A DNA stretch of 64,000 nucleotides from a virus, in IMG/VR virus record IMGVR_UViG_3300046323_000234; one strand, given 5' to 3'. Under the pieces are notes generated by a model. The model was not told the origin of the DNA, made no database searches, and saw only the letters and a list, made by a program, of their open reading frames with translations. Position 1 is the stretch's first letter; every line of letters starts with the position of its first letter. Position numbers and translations under genes: made by a program. Shown here one piece after another: positions 19,888-30,260 of the stretch.

Positions 19888-20694
19888 ATGAATACAAATA
19901 CAAATGTTGATTTTCATACACAATATCAACAACAGAGAGTAAATGAACAACCTGATGAATTAAAACCATTGTTTGATATTGTACAACTACCATCAAAGGG
20001 TATGTTCTATCCAAATGGAACACCATCAGAGGTTGAGGTATATTATCTAACAACAAAGGATGAGGATACGTTAACTACTCCAGGTTTGTTAGAGACTGGT
20101 AAAGTATATGACGTGTTGGTTAAAAGAAAATTAAAAGATAAATCAATTAATCCAGACACCTTATTGAAGGGCGATATTGATGCAATTCTTTTATTTTTAA
20201 GAACATCTGGTTATGGTGAAGATTATCCAGTAATTGTAACAGATCCAGATAATGGTGATGAATTTGAATCTAAAATTGATTTAACTAAATTAAAATTTAA
20301 AGAAGTTAAACATACCCCAGATGAGATGATGCAATTTAATTTTCTTTTACCGCTTAGAAAGAAAAATATTAAAGTTAGATTATTAAATTCAATGGAAGAA
20401 GATACATTGAATAGAAATATTGAAAATCAAAAGAAATTATCAAATGATCAAATTGTACATAGTGTATCTATGAGATTAAAAGCACATATTCATTCGATTG
20501 AAGGAAATACTAGTAGAGGTTATATCGATTCATTTGTTGATAATATGCCACCGAAAGATTCATTACATTTAAGAAAGTTTTTAAATGAGATTGAGCCTGG
20601 TATTGATACTTCATACGAATTTACATCGCCAAAGGGAAATACTTTTACAAGCGGATTTAGGTTTGGATTGGATTTTTTCTTCCCAAGCATATGA
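19888..20694 (+). CDS. T4 gp26-like baseplate hub/tail assembly protein
   Basis: VQLPSKGMFYP, YLTTKDEDTL, LLKGDIDAILLFLR..GYG..Y, IDLTKL; lies upstream of the tape measure gene. Confidence 0.8.
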   Translation: MNTNTNVDFHTQYQQQRVNEQPDELKPLFDIVQLPSKGMFYPNGTPSEVEVYYLTTKDEDTLTTPGLLETGKVYDVLVKRKLKDKSINPDTLLKGDIDAILLFLRTSGYGEDYPVIVTDPDNGDEFESKIDLTKLKFKEVKHTPDEMMQFNFLLPLRKKNIKVRLLNSMEEDTLNRNIENQKKLSNDQIVHSVSMRLKAHIHSIEGNTSRGYIDSFVDNMPPKDSLHLRKFLNEIEPGIDTSYEFTSPKGNTFTSGFRFGLDFFFPSI

Positions 20695-20894
20695 TCGGTG
20701 AATACAAGAATATCATAAAAGATGAGACTTTTGTATTGGTGAGACATGGTAGATTTTCAAAAAGCGACATCGATGATATGACAGTATGGGAGAGAAGAAA
20801 GTTTATTAATAGTATAAAACAAGAATTTGATGAAATAAGAAAAGAACAACAAAAACAAAGAAGTACCACAGTATCTAAACAACCTAGAAGATAA
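20691..20894 (+). CDS. T4 gp51-like small baseplate hub assembly protein
   Basis: HGRFSKSDIDDMTVWERRKFI pattern; position after the gp26-like gene. Confidence 0.65.
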   Translation: MIGEYKNIIKDETFVLVRHGRFSKSDIDDMTVWERRKFINSIKQEFDEIRKEQQKQRSTTVSKQPRR

Positions 20895-20913
20895 TTCTCT
20901 AGGTTGTTTTTAT
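20877..20913 (+). terminator. Rho-independent terminator
   Basis: aaacaacctaga / tctaggttgttt 12-bp stem followed by T-rich sequence. Confidence 0.7.
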
Positions 20914-20920
20914 TTTAAAG

Positions 20921-20928
20921 CTATTTAT
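20921..20928 (+). promoter_or_regulatory. Candidate late promoter CTATTTAT
   Basis: 20 nt upstream of the tape measure ATG, just after a terminator. Confidence 0.6.
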
Positions 20929-20948
20929 GTTTAGATTATATTTTATAA

Positions 20949-23516
20949 ATGGCAACAAGTAAATCCCAACAAATCCTAAAAGATATTGAAGAAACAGCAT
21001 TATTGATGACTGAACTCAAAAAAATTGAGGACGATTACTATAATAAATTATTTAGGAGAACTGCTATTGGTAAAAAACAACTAGAACAATCAATTAAACA
21101 CTATAAACTTGAGATTGAGCTTAGAGAGTTGATGAAAAAACAAGCTAGTTCTAATAAGCAACTACAAAAGCATTTACAAAAAATAATTGATCAGAAAAAA
21201 ATTGAATTAAATTTATCGGGTAAAATAAATAGAGCATTATCACATGAAAAAAAATTAAGATTAGCACAATTTAATGCTGATAGAAAAGCATTAAGACTAT
21301 ATATTGATGATTATAATTCTGGTATTAAAATGATTCAAGATTTTGGTACTAAATTATCTAATATTTTCACCAATACATCATCTGAATTATTAAAAATAGA
21401 TCATGAAATAAAGCAAACCATTCTTGGTATTAGTTTATCTGGTGAAAGAGCTGCTTATTTTAGAGATAATCTAAATCAAGCTGCAATATACACTAGTATG
21501 ATTGGTGTTAATGCTGCTGATTTAGCTAAAATGCAAAAATCATACGCTGATGAAACTGGTAGAGCATTAATTTTATCAAAAGAAAATTTAATAGCCGTTT
21601 CGGATTTAGCTAAAGGTACACTATTGGGTGCTGAAGGTGCTTCAAAAATTGTTGGTGCATTTGAATTGATTGGTTATGGTGCTAAAGATACTGTATCATA
21701 TTTTGAAGATGTTGTTAATTTATCACAAAAGTCTGGTGTTAATGCTGATAAAGTTGTTAAAAGAATATCAGAAAATTTTAAAAAGTCTCAGAATTATAGT
21801 TTTAGAAATGGTATAAGAGGTCTTGCTGAAATGTCGAAATATGCTGAAAAATTTAAAAATGACATTGGTAGTACATTTAGTGCAATGGATAAGGCTAGAA
21901 CACTTGAAGGTGCTATTGATATGGCCTCAAATCTTCAAGTTATTGGTGGACAATTTGCAAATTCAGATCCATTCCAATTATTACATTTATCAAGAAATGA
22001 CCCACAGAAGTTTCAAAAGATGTTAAATGAAATGACCAGAGGTGTTGCACAATTTAATAAAACATCTGGTGAAATTGAAATTACATCATTAAACTTAGAT
22101 AGATTGAGGATGGTTGCTGAAGCGACTGGTCAAGATTTTAATAATTTAGTTGAACAATCCAAACAATTTGCAAAAGTATCAACAATTGAAAGAAATTTAT
22201 TTGGATTATCGCCAGAAGATAAAGAACTAGTATCATCTTTGGCTGATATTAATAAAAAAACCATGAAATGGGAAATTGATGGTACTGATATAACAAAATT
22301 ATCAAAAACACAAATAGATTTATTAAGGGGGCATTCACAAACATTACATGAAAGAGCTGAAGCATCAATAACATTTGATAAACAAATGGTATATTTGGTT
22401 GATTCATTAAAAGCAACATTATTACCATTATTAACATATGTAAATAAAGCATTGGATTCATTTCAAGCGATGCTCAAACCTGTTGTTGATATTTTCAGTA
22501 AACATAGTGGAATATTTCAAATAGGATTTGGTATGTTAGGTGTTGTTGCTGCATTTAAAACAATTGGTGGTATAGTTGGTGCAATGACTGGTGCATTTAA
22601 ACCATTATTAACAGTTGGTAAAGAATTAATGAAAAATGGTGGCCTTGTTGCAAAATCATTAGCTGGAGTTAAAAGAGATAGTAGTTCATTTTCACCAACA
22701 ACTAGTTATGCTAATAAAAGAATAGCTGCACAGAAACGTATAAATTCTGGTGGTGGTCTTGCAAATAAAATGAAAGGCTCTGCTGGTGGAGGTGCTGGCG
22801 GTGCTGGTAAATTAACATCATTAGCTAAAGGTTCAACAGGTTCAATGCTTGCATTTAGTGCAGCAATAGTTTCTGTTGGTCTTGCAATAAATTTAGCAAC
22901 AAATGGTATTGCAAATATGGCTACAGCATTTGAAAAGTTGGATGCTAATAAAATAGATAAATTAAATGTAACATTAGGTATTTTAGGTGTTACAATTATT
23001 GGAACTGTTGTTGGTGGAATTATTGCATTAGGTAAAGCTGGTGAAATTAGTGCAGTTGGTCTTGGTATATTAGCTGCAACAACATTAGCAATTGGTGCTG
23101 GTATTGGATTAGCAACTGCTGGTATTGGTTATTTGGTTAATAGTATATCAAAATTCGGTGATCCAGCGTTTGCAACCAACATTTCAACATTAGCTTCAAA
23201 TATGACAAAAGTTGTTGGATTAGATTATACAAATACAAAAGATACCTTTGGTGTTATATCTGACGTATTGAAGAGAGAATCAGCGATGAAAGAGTTTGGT
23301 AATATGATAAATGCACTTAAAGGATTGGATAATGTTAATAATCCATTGTCAGAATTAAAAGATATGTTTAGTAAACCATTGAGGGTTGAATTTGACAATA
23401 AAAGTGTTAATCTTTCCGTTAATGTTGATATGAATCTTGATGGTGATAAAATATTTAATGATAAATTTGTAAAGAAAGTTGTTACTAGAATTGTCAATAT
23501 GAAAAATGGTAATTAA
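20949..23516 (+). CDS. Tail tape measure protein
   Basis: 855 aa, helical and Ala/Gly-rich, with hydrophobic segments; follows the gp26/gp51-like pair. Confidence 0.8.
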   Translation: MATSKSQQILKDIEETALLMTELKKIEDDYYNKLFRRTAIGKKQLEQSIKHYKLEIELRELMKKQASSNKQLQKHLQKIIDQKKIELNLSGKINRALSHEKKLRLAQFNADRKALRLYIDDYNSGIKMIQDFGTKLSNIFTNTSSELLKIDHEIKQTILGISLSGERAAYFRDNLNQAAIYTSMIGVNAADLAKMQKSYADETGRALILSKENLIAVSDLAKGTLLGAEGASKIVGAFELIGYGAKDTVSYFEDVVNLSQKSGVNADKVVKRISENFKKSQNYSFRNGIRGLAEMSKYAEKFKNDIGSTFSAMDKARTLEGAIDMASNLQVIGGQFANSDPFQLLHLSRNDPQKFQKMLNEMTRGVAQFNKTSGEIEITSLNLDRLRMVAEATGQDFNNLVEQSKQFAKVSTIERNLFGLSPEDKELVSSLADINKKTMKWEIDGTDITKLSKTQIDLLRGHSQTLHERAEASITFDKQMVYLVDSLKATLLPLLTYVNKALDSFQAMLKPVVDIFSKHSGIFQIGFGMLGVVAAFKTIGGIVGAMTGAFKPLLTVGKELMKNGGLVAKSLAGVKRDSSSFSPTTSYANKRIAAQKRINSGGGLANKMKGSAGGGAGGAGKLTSLAKGSTGSMLAFSAAIVSVGLAINLATNGIANMATAFEKLDANKIDKLNVTLGILGVTIIGTVVGGIIALGKAGEISAVGLGILAATTLAIGAGIGLATAGIGYLVNSISKFGDPAFATNISTLASNMTKVVGLDYTNTKDTFGVISDVLKRESAMKEFGNMINALKGLDNVNNPLSELKDMFSKPLRVEFDNKSVNLSVNVDMNLDGDKIFNDKFVKKVVTRIVNMKNGN

Positions 23517-24274
23517 TCGATTTTGTATAAATTCCATTAAAAATATTTTTTAAGCAAAAGTGCTTAATTTGCGTTTAAATGAGGTTTGATAAAAATAGTT
23601 GAAAAAATAAATATAACTTTCTGTACTTTTGTCATTAAAATTTCGTAATATATAGTATAGGGTATACATTTTTAACTCTATATCAACATAAAATATAAGT
23701 CTTATAATATAATATAAAGCATATGAAATAAATATAATAATATTAGATATATTAATATAAATTATAAAGTATATTCTGAATAATATTAGATATAAAAATA
23801 TATTGGAAGTACTCAACATATTATGCTTGATATTATCTACTAACATTAAATATATAACTGAATAATATAAACTTATTATATTATTTTGTCTTTTATAAAG
23901 TATATTATAAGTTGCCCATAACTATGCCCTTTTGAATTATATTCAAAATTCCACATCAAATCCAATAAATTCTTATTTAATTATAATAATAAGTTATATT
24001 CCAATCTAATAAAATTATTTAATTTATTCTTGGAATAGTAATATTACAATTTAACAAAATGTTTTATAATAAATAATAATATACTTCAATTGTAAAATAT
24101 GATAATTAATTCACTTCAACCAGCATATAGTTATAATCAATTTAATAATATATTTAGCTACCTACTTACAGGTAGGTAAGTTATAATTAACATTATTTAG
24201 TATATAATTGTAAATTATATTATTTGTGAAAAACTATTTATTATTAGATTGGTTAATATCAATTAGAATAATAG
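23517..24274. other. 758-bp extremely AT-rich non-coding region (candidate origin or ncRNA locus)
   Basis: No credible ORF. Contains the 26-bp element (23638-23663), a TACCTAC/GTAGGTA hairpin (24159-24178) and CTATTTAT at 24234. Confidence 0.5.
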
Positions 24275-27043
24275 ATGGGTAAGATTAATTCAACTGAAAC
24301 AAAACAAATTAGAGATAGATTAATATCTAGGAATTTATATACTCCAGATAGTGAATATAGTATTAGTAATTCCAAGATAACAGAAGCTATTAATGGATTG
24401 GCTAGTTTATTAGCACCAACAAATTCATTTGATTTTAAAAATAGTATTATTGGTAGACAACTAGAACCACAAACACCATTAACTAAAATTGCGAATTCTC
24501 AGTTAGCTGCACAACTTCAATATCAAATAGGTAGTAATGCAAAAAGAGAGTTAGTTCCAACAATTAGTATATCTAATTTATTGGATAAGAATAGTGATAC
24601 CAAGTTTATTAAATTAAGAAAAGATTTTACTATTACCAATGAATTATATGAATCAAGAGCATTAAATTTTATTAGTGATATAACTGGATATAGTCCACCA
24701 GTTAATCCATTTGTATATTCAACATTATATGGTTTACCAAGTACAACATCTCAAAAGTTATTTGATAAGCTTGGATCTGGTCAGAAAGATACATTAGTTA
24801 AATTATTAAATCATAATTATTATTCACCAACATTAGAGGGGTATAATAAGAATTTATCATCTTCAATCAATAGAAAGTATTTTACTACATCATTCTCTGC
24901 CACTGAAAATCGTCCAACATTGTTTGGTGATTTTTCTGAATATATAAATGAATATATTAATCTCGAACAAATTAATTTAATTAAAGAAATTGGTACTGAG
25001 TATAATATTAATCCAAAAGATGTAGATGATATATTTGGTGTAACAAATACAAAACCAAAAAAAATTAATGTTGAAGCTGATAATAATAATTATGGATTTA
25101 ATGAATATAAAGGTATTGACTATACATCGAATGAATTACATTGGGGTATTAATGATGATGATACATCATTTAAACATAAAACTGGTTTATTATATTATAC
25201 AAAAAATCTAATCAAAGCAATTGATAATAATAATATTGATCAAAGAAAAAAAGAATTTAATGATAATAAAGGTAATATAGTTGGATATAATGGTTCACCT
25301 GCTGATCCGATCAGACAGCATACCGTTCTTGACCAATATAATAGAAATTCTAAATTGATTAGATTTGAAGGAAATAAAAACTATGATGGTGATAGTAATT
25401 CAGTTATAAACAAGACAGTATTTCCAAAGATACATCCAATAATGGAAAATTGGGAAGTTAATAATAGTAATTTATTCTTTTCGATTGAAAACTTAGCATA
25501 TCAAATTAATGAAAATGGTGATATACAAGGTACAAATCATTCACTCATACTTCCAACATGCGAAAGAGGACAACAAGGTGGTAGATTAATGTGGTTTGCA
25601 CCATATGATGTACAATTTAATGAAACATCAACGGCAGGTTGGGATTCAACATCAATCATTGGTAGAGGCGAACCATTACATTCATATTCAAGCACTGAAA
25701 GAACTGGTGTATTGGCATTTAAAATGATTGTAGATTATCCACAACAAATAAAGGATATGGGATATGGTGATTTGGTACGATTCTTTGCTAAAGGTGATAA
25801 TGGCGCACCAAGAAGAGTAAAGACAACCAATATAAGCGAATTAATAAAAAGTAAAATTGATATACAAAATAATATTATTAAACCAACTAAAAACACAATC
25901 ATAAAACCAACAAATTCAACAAATGATGCTGTTGTATATTTTTTCCAAAATGCTGAATCAACAATTGATTTTGAATATGAAGATAATAGTGATAATTTAA
26001 CATATAGTGGATTAAATGCCAATTTATCAACAAAAACTGATAGTTTAATTGATATATTAAAAAATATAAATGAATCTGAATATATTAAGTTACAATTTAT
26101 TGGTTATACATCAAAATTAGCTAGTACAGAGTTTAATAACGCTCTTGGATTGGCTAGAGCAACAGAATTAAAAGATTATATTGAATCTGAATATATTTTA
26201 GCAACTGGTAAAGAATTTAGTGAATCAAATATTGAATATACATTAGAATCAAAGGGTGAAACATCGCCTGGGGCATCAGAAAAGGGTAAATTACCTGAAA
26301 ATATAAATGTAAAAGAAGTTAAAAAAGATAGAAGAGCAATTGTTAATATATTATATAATGATAAAACACCAGTAATACCAATTGGTATAAGTGCTGAAGA
26401 TCAAGCAAATAATGACGAATTACAAAGTCAACTAGCTGCTATAGATAATCAAATAAAAATTGGATCATCTGATTGTAATACATTAGATGCTCGAAAAGAT
26501 AATTTATCTGATTTTATTCCAAGAGGTTGGCAAGATAATGGTATTTTTAAACCAGCGTTTCATTCACAAACACCAGAAGATTATCATAAGAGATTAACAT
26601 TCTTGCACCAATGTACAAGACAAGGTGTGGCTATTGAAAATAATGTAATAAACTCTGTTTTCGGTAGACAACCAGTGTGCGTTTTAAGATTGGGTGATTT
26701 CTTACATACACAAATAATCATAGATTCAATCAATTTTGATTTTACCGAAGCAATGTGGGATATGAACCCAGAGGGAATGGGTATGCAATACATGACAGCA
26801 TCGATTACAATGAACATTAAGATACTTGGTGGACAATCACTAGGTGCGCCAATTTCGAGGCTTCAGAACGCATTATCTTTCAATTATTTTGCAAACTCTA
26901 CTTATTATAAAACTGGTTCAATATATGAAATGACAAATAAAGTTCAAAATGAGGAAATTGGTAATATTAATAAAATTAATACAGACAATGAAACCGCTTA
27001 TCAAAAGTCGATTAGTAGTTCAGTAAATACAACCCCAACCTAA
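24275..27043 (+). CDS. Large baseplate/tail-tube initiator-like protein with an internal OmpA-like domain
   Basis: WFAPYDVQFNETSTAGW...IIGRGEP and GRQPVCVLRLGDF...IIIDSINFDF flank FIGYTS...NNALGLARA...SKGE...DRRA (OmpA-C pattern). Confidence 0.65.
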   Translation: MGKINSTETKQIRDRLISRNLYTPDSEYSISNSKITEAINGLASLLAPTNSFDFKNSIIGRQLEPQTPLTKIANSQLAAQLQYQIGSNAKRELVPTISISNLLDKNSDTKFIKLRKDFTITNELYESRALNFISDITGYSPPVNPFVYSTLYGLPSTTSQKLFDKLGSGQKDTLVKLLNHNYYSPTLEGYNKNLSSSINRKYFTTSFSATENRPTLFGDFSEYINEYINLEQINLIKEIGTEYNINPKDVDDIFGVTNTKPKKINVEADNNNYGFNEYKGIDYTSNELHWGINDDDTSFKHKTGLLYYTKNLIKAIDNNNIDQRKKEFNDNKGNIVGYNGSPADPIRQHTVLDQYNRNSKLIRFEGNKNYDGDSNSVINKTVFPKIHPIMENWEVNNSNLFFSIENLAYQINENGDIQGTNHSLILPTCERGQQGGRLMWFAPYDVQFNETSTAGWDSTSIIGRGEPLHSYSSTERTGVLAFKMIVDYPQQIKDMGYGDLVRFFAKGDNGAPRRVKTTNISELIKSKIDIQNNIIKPTKNTIIKPTNSTNDAVVYFFQNAESTIDFEYEDNSDNLTYSGLNANLSTKTDSLIDILKNINESEYIKLQFIGYTSKLASTEFNNALGLARATELKDYIESEYILATGKEFSESNIEYTLESKGETSPGASEKGKLPENINVKEVKKDRRAIVNILYNDKTPVIPIGISAEDQANNDELQSQLAAIDNQIKIGSSDCNTLDARKDNLSDFIPRGWQDNGIFKPAFHSQTPEDYHKRLTFLHQCTRQGVAIENNVINSVFGRQPVCVLRLGDFLHTQIIIDSINFDFTEAMWDMNPEGMGMQYMTASITMNIKILGGQSLGAPISRLQNALSFNYFANSTYYKTGSIYEMTNKVQNEEIGNINKINTDNETAYQKSISSSVNTTPT

Positions 27044-27049
27044 TAAAAT

Positions 27050-27358
27050 ATGTTAGAAGATTTTGACAGATATTCGATTTATAGAACACAAGGTGATATA
27101 GAGCAAGTTCCATTCATAAAGATAAAAGAGAATGGAAGTGATAAGTATGAACAATATATTGTTGGAGAAACAAGATTTGATAAATTATCACAAAAATATT
27201 ATGGAACACCCATATATGATTTTTTTATATTAATGGCCAATCCAACATATGTTAATGAATTTGATATTGAAGATGGAACAATTATTAGAATACCATTTCC
27301 AATAGCAACAGTTAAAAATAATTATATATCAGAACTTGAAAAAACAAAGAGAATTTAA
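27050..27358 (+). CDS. LysM-like baseplate wedge protein (gp53/tail-X-like)
   Basis: RFDKLSQKYYG...ILMANP...IEDGTIIRIP. Confidence 0.75.
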   Translation: MLEDFDRYSIYRTQGDIEQVPFIKIKENGSDKYEQYIVGETRFDKLSQKYYGTPIYDFFILMANPTYVNEFDIEDGTIIRIPFPIATVKNNYISELEKTKRI

Positions 27359-27380
27359 TTAAAATAATTACAAAATTAAT

Positions 27381-27411
27381 TTGACAACTAATTTTATTTA
27401 ATTTATTTTTG
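27381..27411 (+). promoter_or_regulatory. Bacteroidota-type promoter at the start of the glycan island
   Basis: TTG(ACA)-N20-TATTTTTG is an exact TAnnTTTG match, 16 nt before the ATG. Confidence 0.6.
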
Positions 27412-27427
27412 TAAAAATATAAATTAA

Positions 27428-28942
27428 ATGAGTTTAACCGTATTCTTCAGTTCGCATCTATCCAAAAATGATAATGAAGATTTTAAACAACATGTAAAGA
27501 AAACATGTGGTGTTAATAATGTAGAGATTATCTGTTTTGAAAATAAAAATGAATATTCATTAACGCAAGCATATAACATTGGATTAAACCAATCCAAAAA
27601 CGATATTGTTGTATTCGTACATAATGATATTATATTTGAAACTCAGAATTGGGGAAAGAAAATATTAAATCATTTTAAAGAATCCAATCATGGTATTCTT
27701 GGTGTTGCTGGCACAACCGATCTAATAAATGGTCAATGGTGGGCGAGTAGAGAAAGAATGATTGGTATTGTAAATCATATTCATGATGGTAAAAAGGCTG
27801 AAAGTAAATATTCAAATTCATTCGGTGATAAAGTAATTGATGTTGTCACTATTGATGGTTTATTTATTGCTGTTAATAAACCAAAGTTAAAAGTAACATT
27901 TTATGAACGTTTTGAGGGATTTCACTTTTATGATATTCCTTTTTGTGTGGGTAATAAAGTAATGGGTGTTGAGATTGGTGTTATATTTGATGTTAGATTA
28001 ACACATAAGTCAGTTGGCCAAACCAATCAAAAATGGGAAGATAATAAATTAAAGTTTGAAGAATTATTTAAAGACTTCCTACCACTCCAAATAAAGGTTG
28101 ATAAGATTGAGATTCCAAATAAGGAATTACAAATCAAATCCAAATATCTTCCAAATCTAACAGTAGTTATTCCAACAAAAGATAATTTAAATATTTTATT
28201 TAATTGTATTAATTCCATTTTAAATAAAACCGAATATCGAAATTATGATATTATAATAGCTGATACTGGAAGTACTGATGAGAATATAAAAGAGATTCAA
28301 GAGTTTATTAAGAAATCTAATAAGATTAGATTGATTAGATATGACTATTATAATTTCGCAAAAATAAATAATGATGTTGTTAAGAATTATGTTTTGGATA
28401 AAACCAATCTATTGTTGTTCTGCAACAACGATATTCAGCTTCTAAACGATGCAATTACCAGATGTGTTGATATCTACCTAAAGAACGAAAGAACGTGTGG
28501 CACAGTGGGAATTAGACTACATTATGGTGATAATTCAATCCAACATTCTGGAATACTTGCATATGCAGACCAACAAGGAAGGGTTGGGTTATCACATATT
28601 GGACTTAGATCATATTATAATTATATAAATGAAGTTAGAACCAATACCTTTGGTAATACTGGTGCATTTTTAATGATAAATAAAAATCTATTTGATAAGA
28701 TTGGTGGTTTTAATGAAAATTATATTGAATGCCTTGAAGATGTTGAATTGAATTGTCAATGTATTATTCAAGGAAAACAAAATATATTTGTTGGAAATGC
28801 TGTAGCATATCACTTTGAATCATTAACAAGAAATTTGGACACAAACAAGAATCAAAAAATGAATGAAGACTTTAATAAAAATCTTGCACCATTTTTAAAT
28901 GAAAATATTGAAAAAATTAAAAAATATATAAAATTTATTTGA
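27428..28942 (+). CDS. Two-domain GT2 glycosyltransferase
   Basis: N-domain AYNIG...VFVHNDI...FHFYD; C-domain VVIPTK, IIIADTGS, FCNNDI, TGAFLMI, EDVEL. Confidence 0.85.
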   Translation: MSLTVFFSSHLSKNDNEDFKQHVKKTCGVNNVEIICFENKNEYSLTQAYNIGLNQSKNDIVVFVHNDIIFETQNWGKKILNHFKESNHGILGVAGTTDLINGQWWASRERMIGIVNHIHDGKKAESKYSNSFGDKVIDVVTIDGLFIAVNKPKLKVTFYERFEGFHFYDIPFCVGNKVMGVEIGVIFDVRLTHKSVGQTNQKWEDNKLKFEELFKDFLPLQIKVDKIEIPNKELQIKSKYLPNLTVVIPTKDNLNILFNCINSILNKTEYRNYDIIIADTGSTDENIKEIQEFIKKSNKIRLIRYDYYNFAKINNDVVKNYVLDKTNLLLFCNNDIQLLNDAITRCVDIYLKNERTCGTVGIRLHYGDNSIQHSGILAYADQQGRVGLSHIGLRSYYNYINEVRTNTFGNTGAFLMINKNLFDKIGGFNENYIECLEDVELNCQCIIQGKQNIFVGNAVAYHFESLTRNLDTNKNQKMNEDFNKNLAPFLNENIEKIKKYIKFI

Positions 28943-28946
28943 TTAG

Positions 28947-29942
28947 ATGAGTAATAATAAAGTGGCATTAATAACTGGAATAAATGGCCAAGATGGATCA
29001 TATCTTGCTGAACTATTATTGGAGAAAGGATATGAAGTCTGGGGAACATTAAAAAGAAATTCAGTTGCTGAAACACAAACAACAAGAATTGAACATATTA
29101 GGGAACAACTAAAACTCGAATACGCAGATATGACAGATATTAGCTCTTTAATTAGAGTTATTCAAATGTCAAAACCTGATGAGATATATAATCTAGCTGC
29201 ACAAAGCCATGTTAGAATATCGTTTGATCAACCAATTTATACAGCAAATGTAACAGCATTAGGAACACTTAATTTATTGGAGGCTATTAGATTGACTGAT
29301 GTAAATATTAAAATGTATCAAGCAAGCTCTAGTGAAATGTTTGGTAATAGTATTGATGCTGATGGATTTCAGAGAGAAACAACACCACTTAATCCAGTAT
29401 CGCCATATGGATGTTCAAAAGTATTTTCTTATAATATTATAAATAATTATAGAAAATCATATGGATTAAAAGTGTGGAACGGAATACTTTTCAACCACGA
29501 AAGTCCACGTAGAGGTACAAATTTTGTAACAAATAAAGTAGTAAAACAAGCTGTAAGAATTAAGTTAGGATTGGAGAAAGATTTATATTTGGGTAATTTA
29601 GATGCGACAAGAGATTGGGGTCACGCAAAAGATTATGTAGATGCGATGTGGGTGATGTTACAAACCGATGAACCAGATAATTATGTTTGTTCAACTGGTA
29701 TATCACATTCAGTTAGAGATTTATGTGAATACACGTTTAGTAAATTGGGATTAGATTATAAAGATTATATTAAAATGGATGAAAAATTCCTACGTCCAGA
29801 AGAATTACATAATCTAAAGGGTGATTCAACAAAAATGAGAACAAAATTAGGATGGAAACCAACATATACATTTGAAACAATGTTGGACGAAATGATTCAA
29901 TATTGGTTGGATTATTATAGTAACCAATCCAATCCAAAATAA
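28947..29942 (+). CDS. gmd: GDP-mannose 4,6-dehydratase
   Basis: ALITGINGQDGSYLAE, NLAAQSHV, YQASSSEMFG, SPYGCSK, LFNHESPRRG, RDWGHAKDYV. Confidence 0.97.
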   Translation: MSNNKVALITGINGQDGSYLAELLLEKGYEVWGTLKRNSVAETQTTRIEHIREQLKLEYADMTDISSLIRVIQMSKPDEIYNLAAQSHVRISFDQPIYTANVTALGTLNLLEAIRLTDVNIKMYQASSSEMFGNSIDADGFQRETTPLNPVSPYGCSKVFSYNIINNYRKSYGLKVWNGILFNHESPRRGTNFVTNKVVKQAVRIKLGLEKDLYLGNLDATRDWGHAKDYVDAMWVMLQTDEPDNYVCSTGISHSVRDLCEYTFSKLGLDYKDYIKMDEKFLRPEELHNLKGDSTKMRTKLGWKPTYTFETMLDEMIQYWLDYYSNQSNPK

Positions 29943-29964
29943 TTAATATAAAAATATATACACA

Positions 29965-30255
29965 ATGGAAAAATGGAATTATGAAGTCCCAGAATCGATG
30001 CTGGAACAATTATTGGATACTGCTCAATCAGATTGGAATCAAACAATAATGGGATATTTTAATCAATTATCTGATGGAATAATTGGTGAAAAAGTAATTA
30101 AAGTACCTAATAAATTTAAGAAATTAATAAATAGTTTAGAATATTACGATAGAGAATCTAATGAGATTGCTAATAGATTTATTGTTATTTTTATTGATTC
30201 TAATGAAGATATTATATATGTTGGTGAAAATAAATTAGAAATATTAAATTATTAA
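29965..30255 (+). CDS. Hypothetical protein
   Basis: ORF in operon. Confidence 0.55.
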   Translation: MEKWNYEVPESMLEQLLDTAQSDWNQTIMGYFNQLSDGIIGEKVIKVPNKFKKLINSLEYYDRESNEIANRFIVIFIDSNEDIIYVGENKLEILNY

Positions 30256-30260
30256 AATAT

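Noticed and set aside
23550-23846. 98-aa minus-strand ORF
   Set aside because: Ile/Tyr/Phe-rich translation of very AT-rich DNA, antisense to the surrounding operon; probably spurious.
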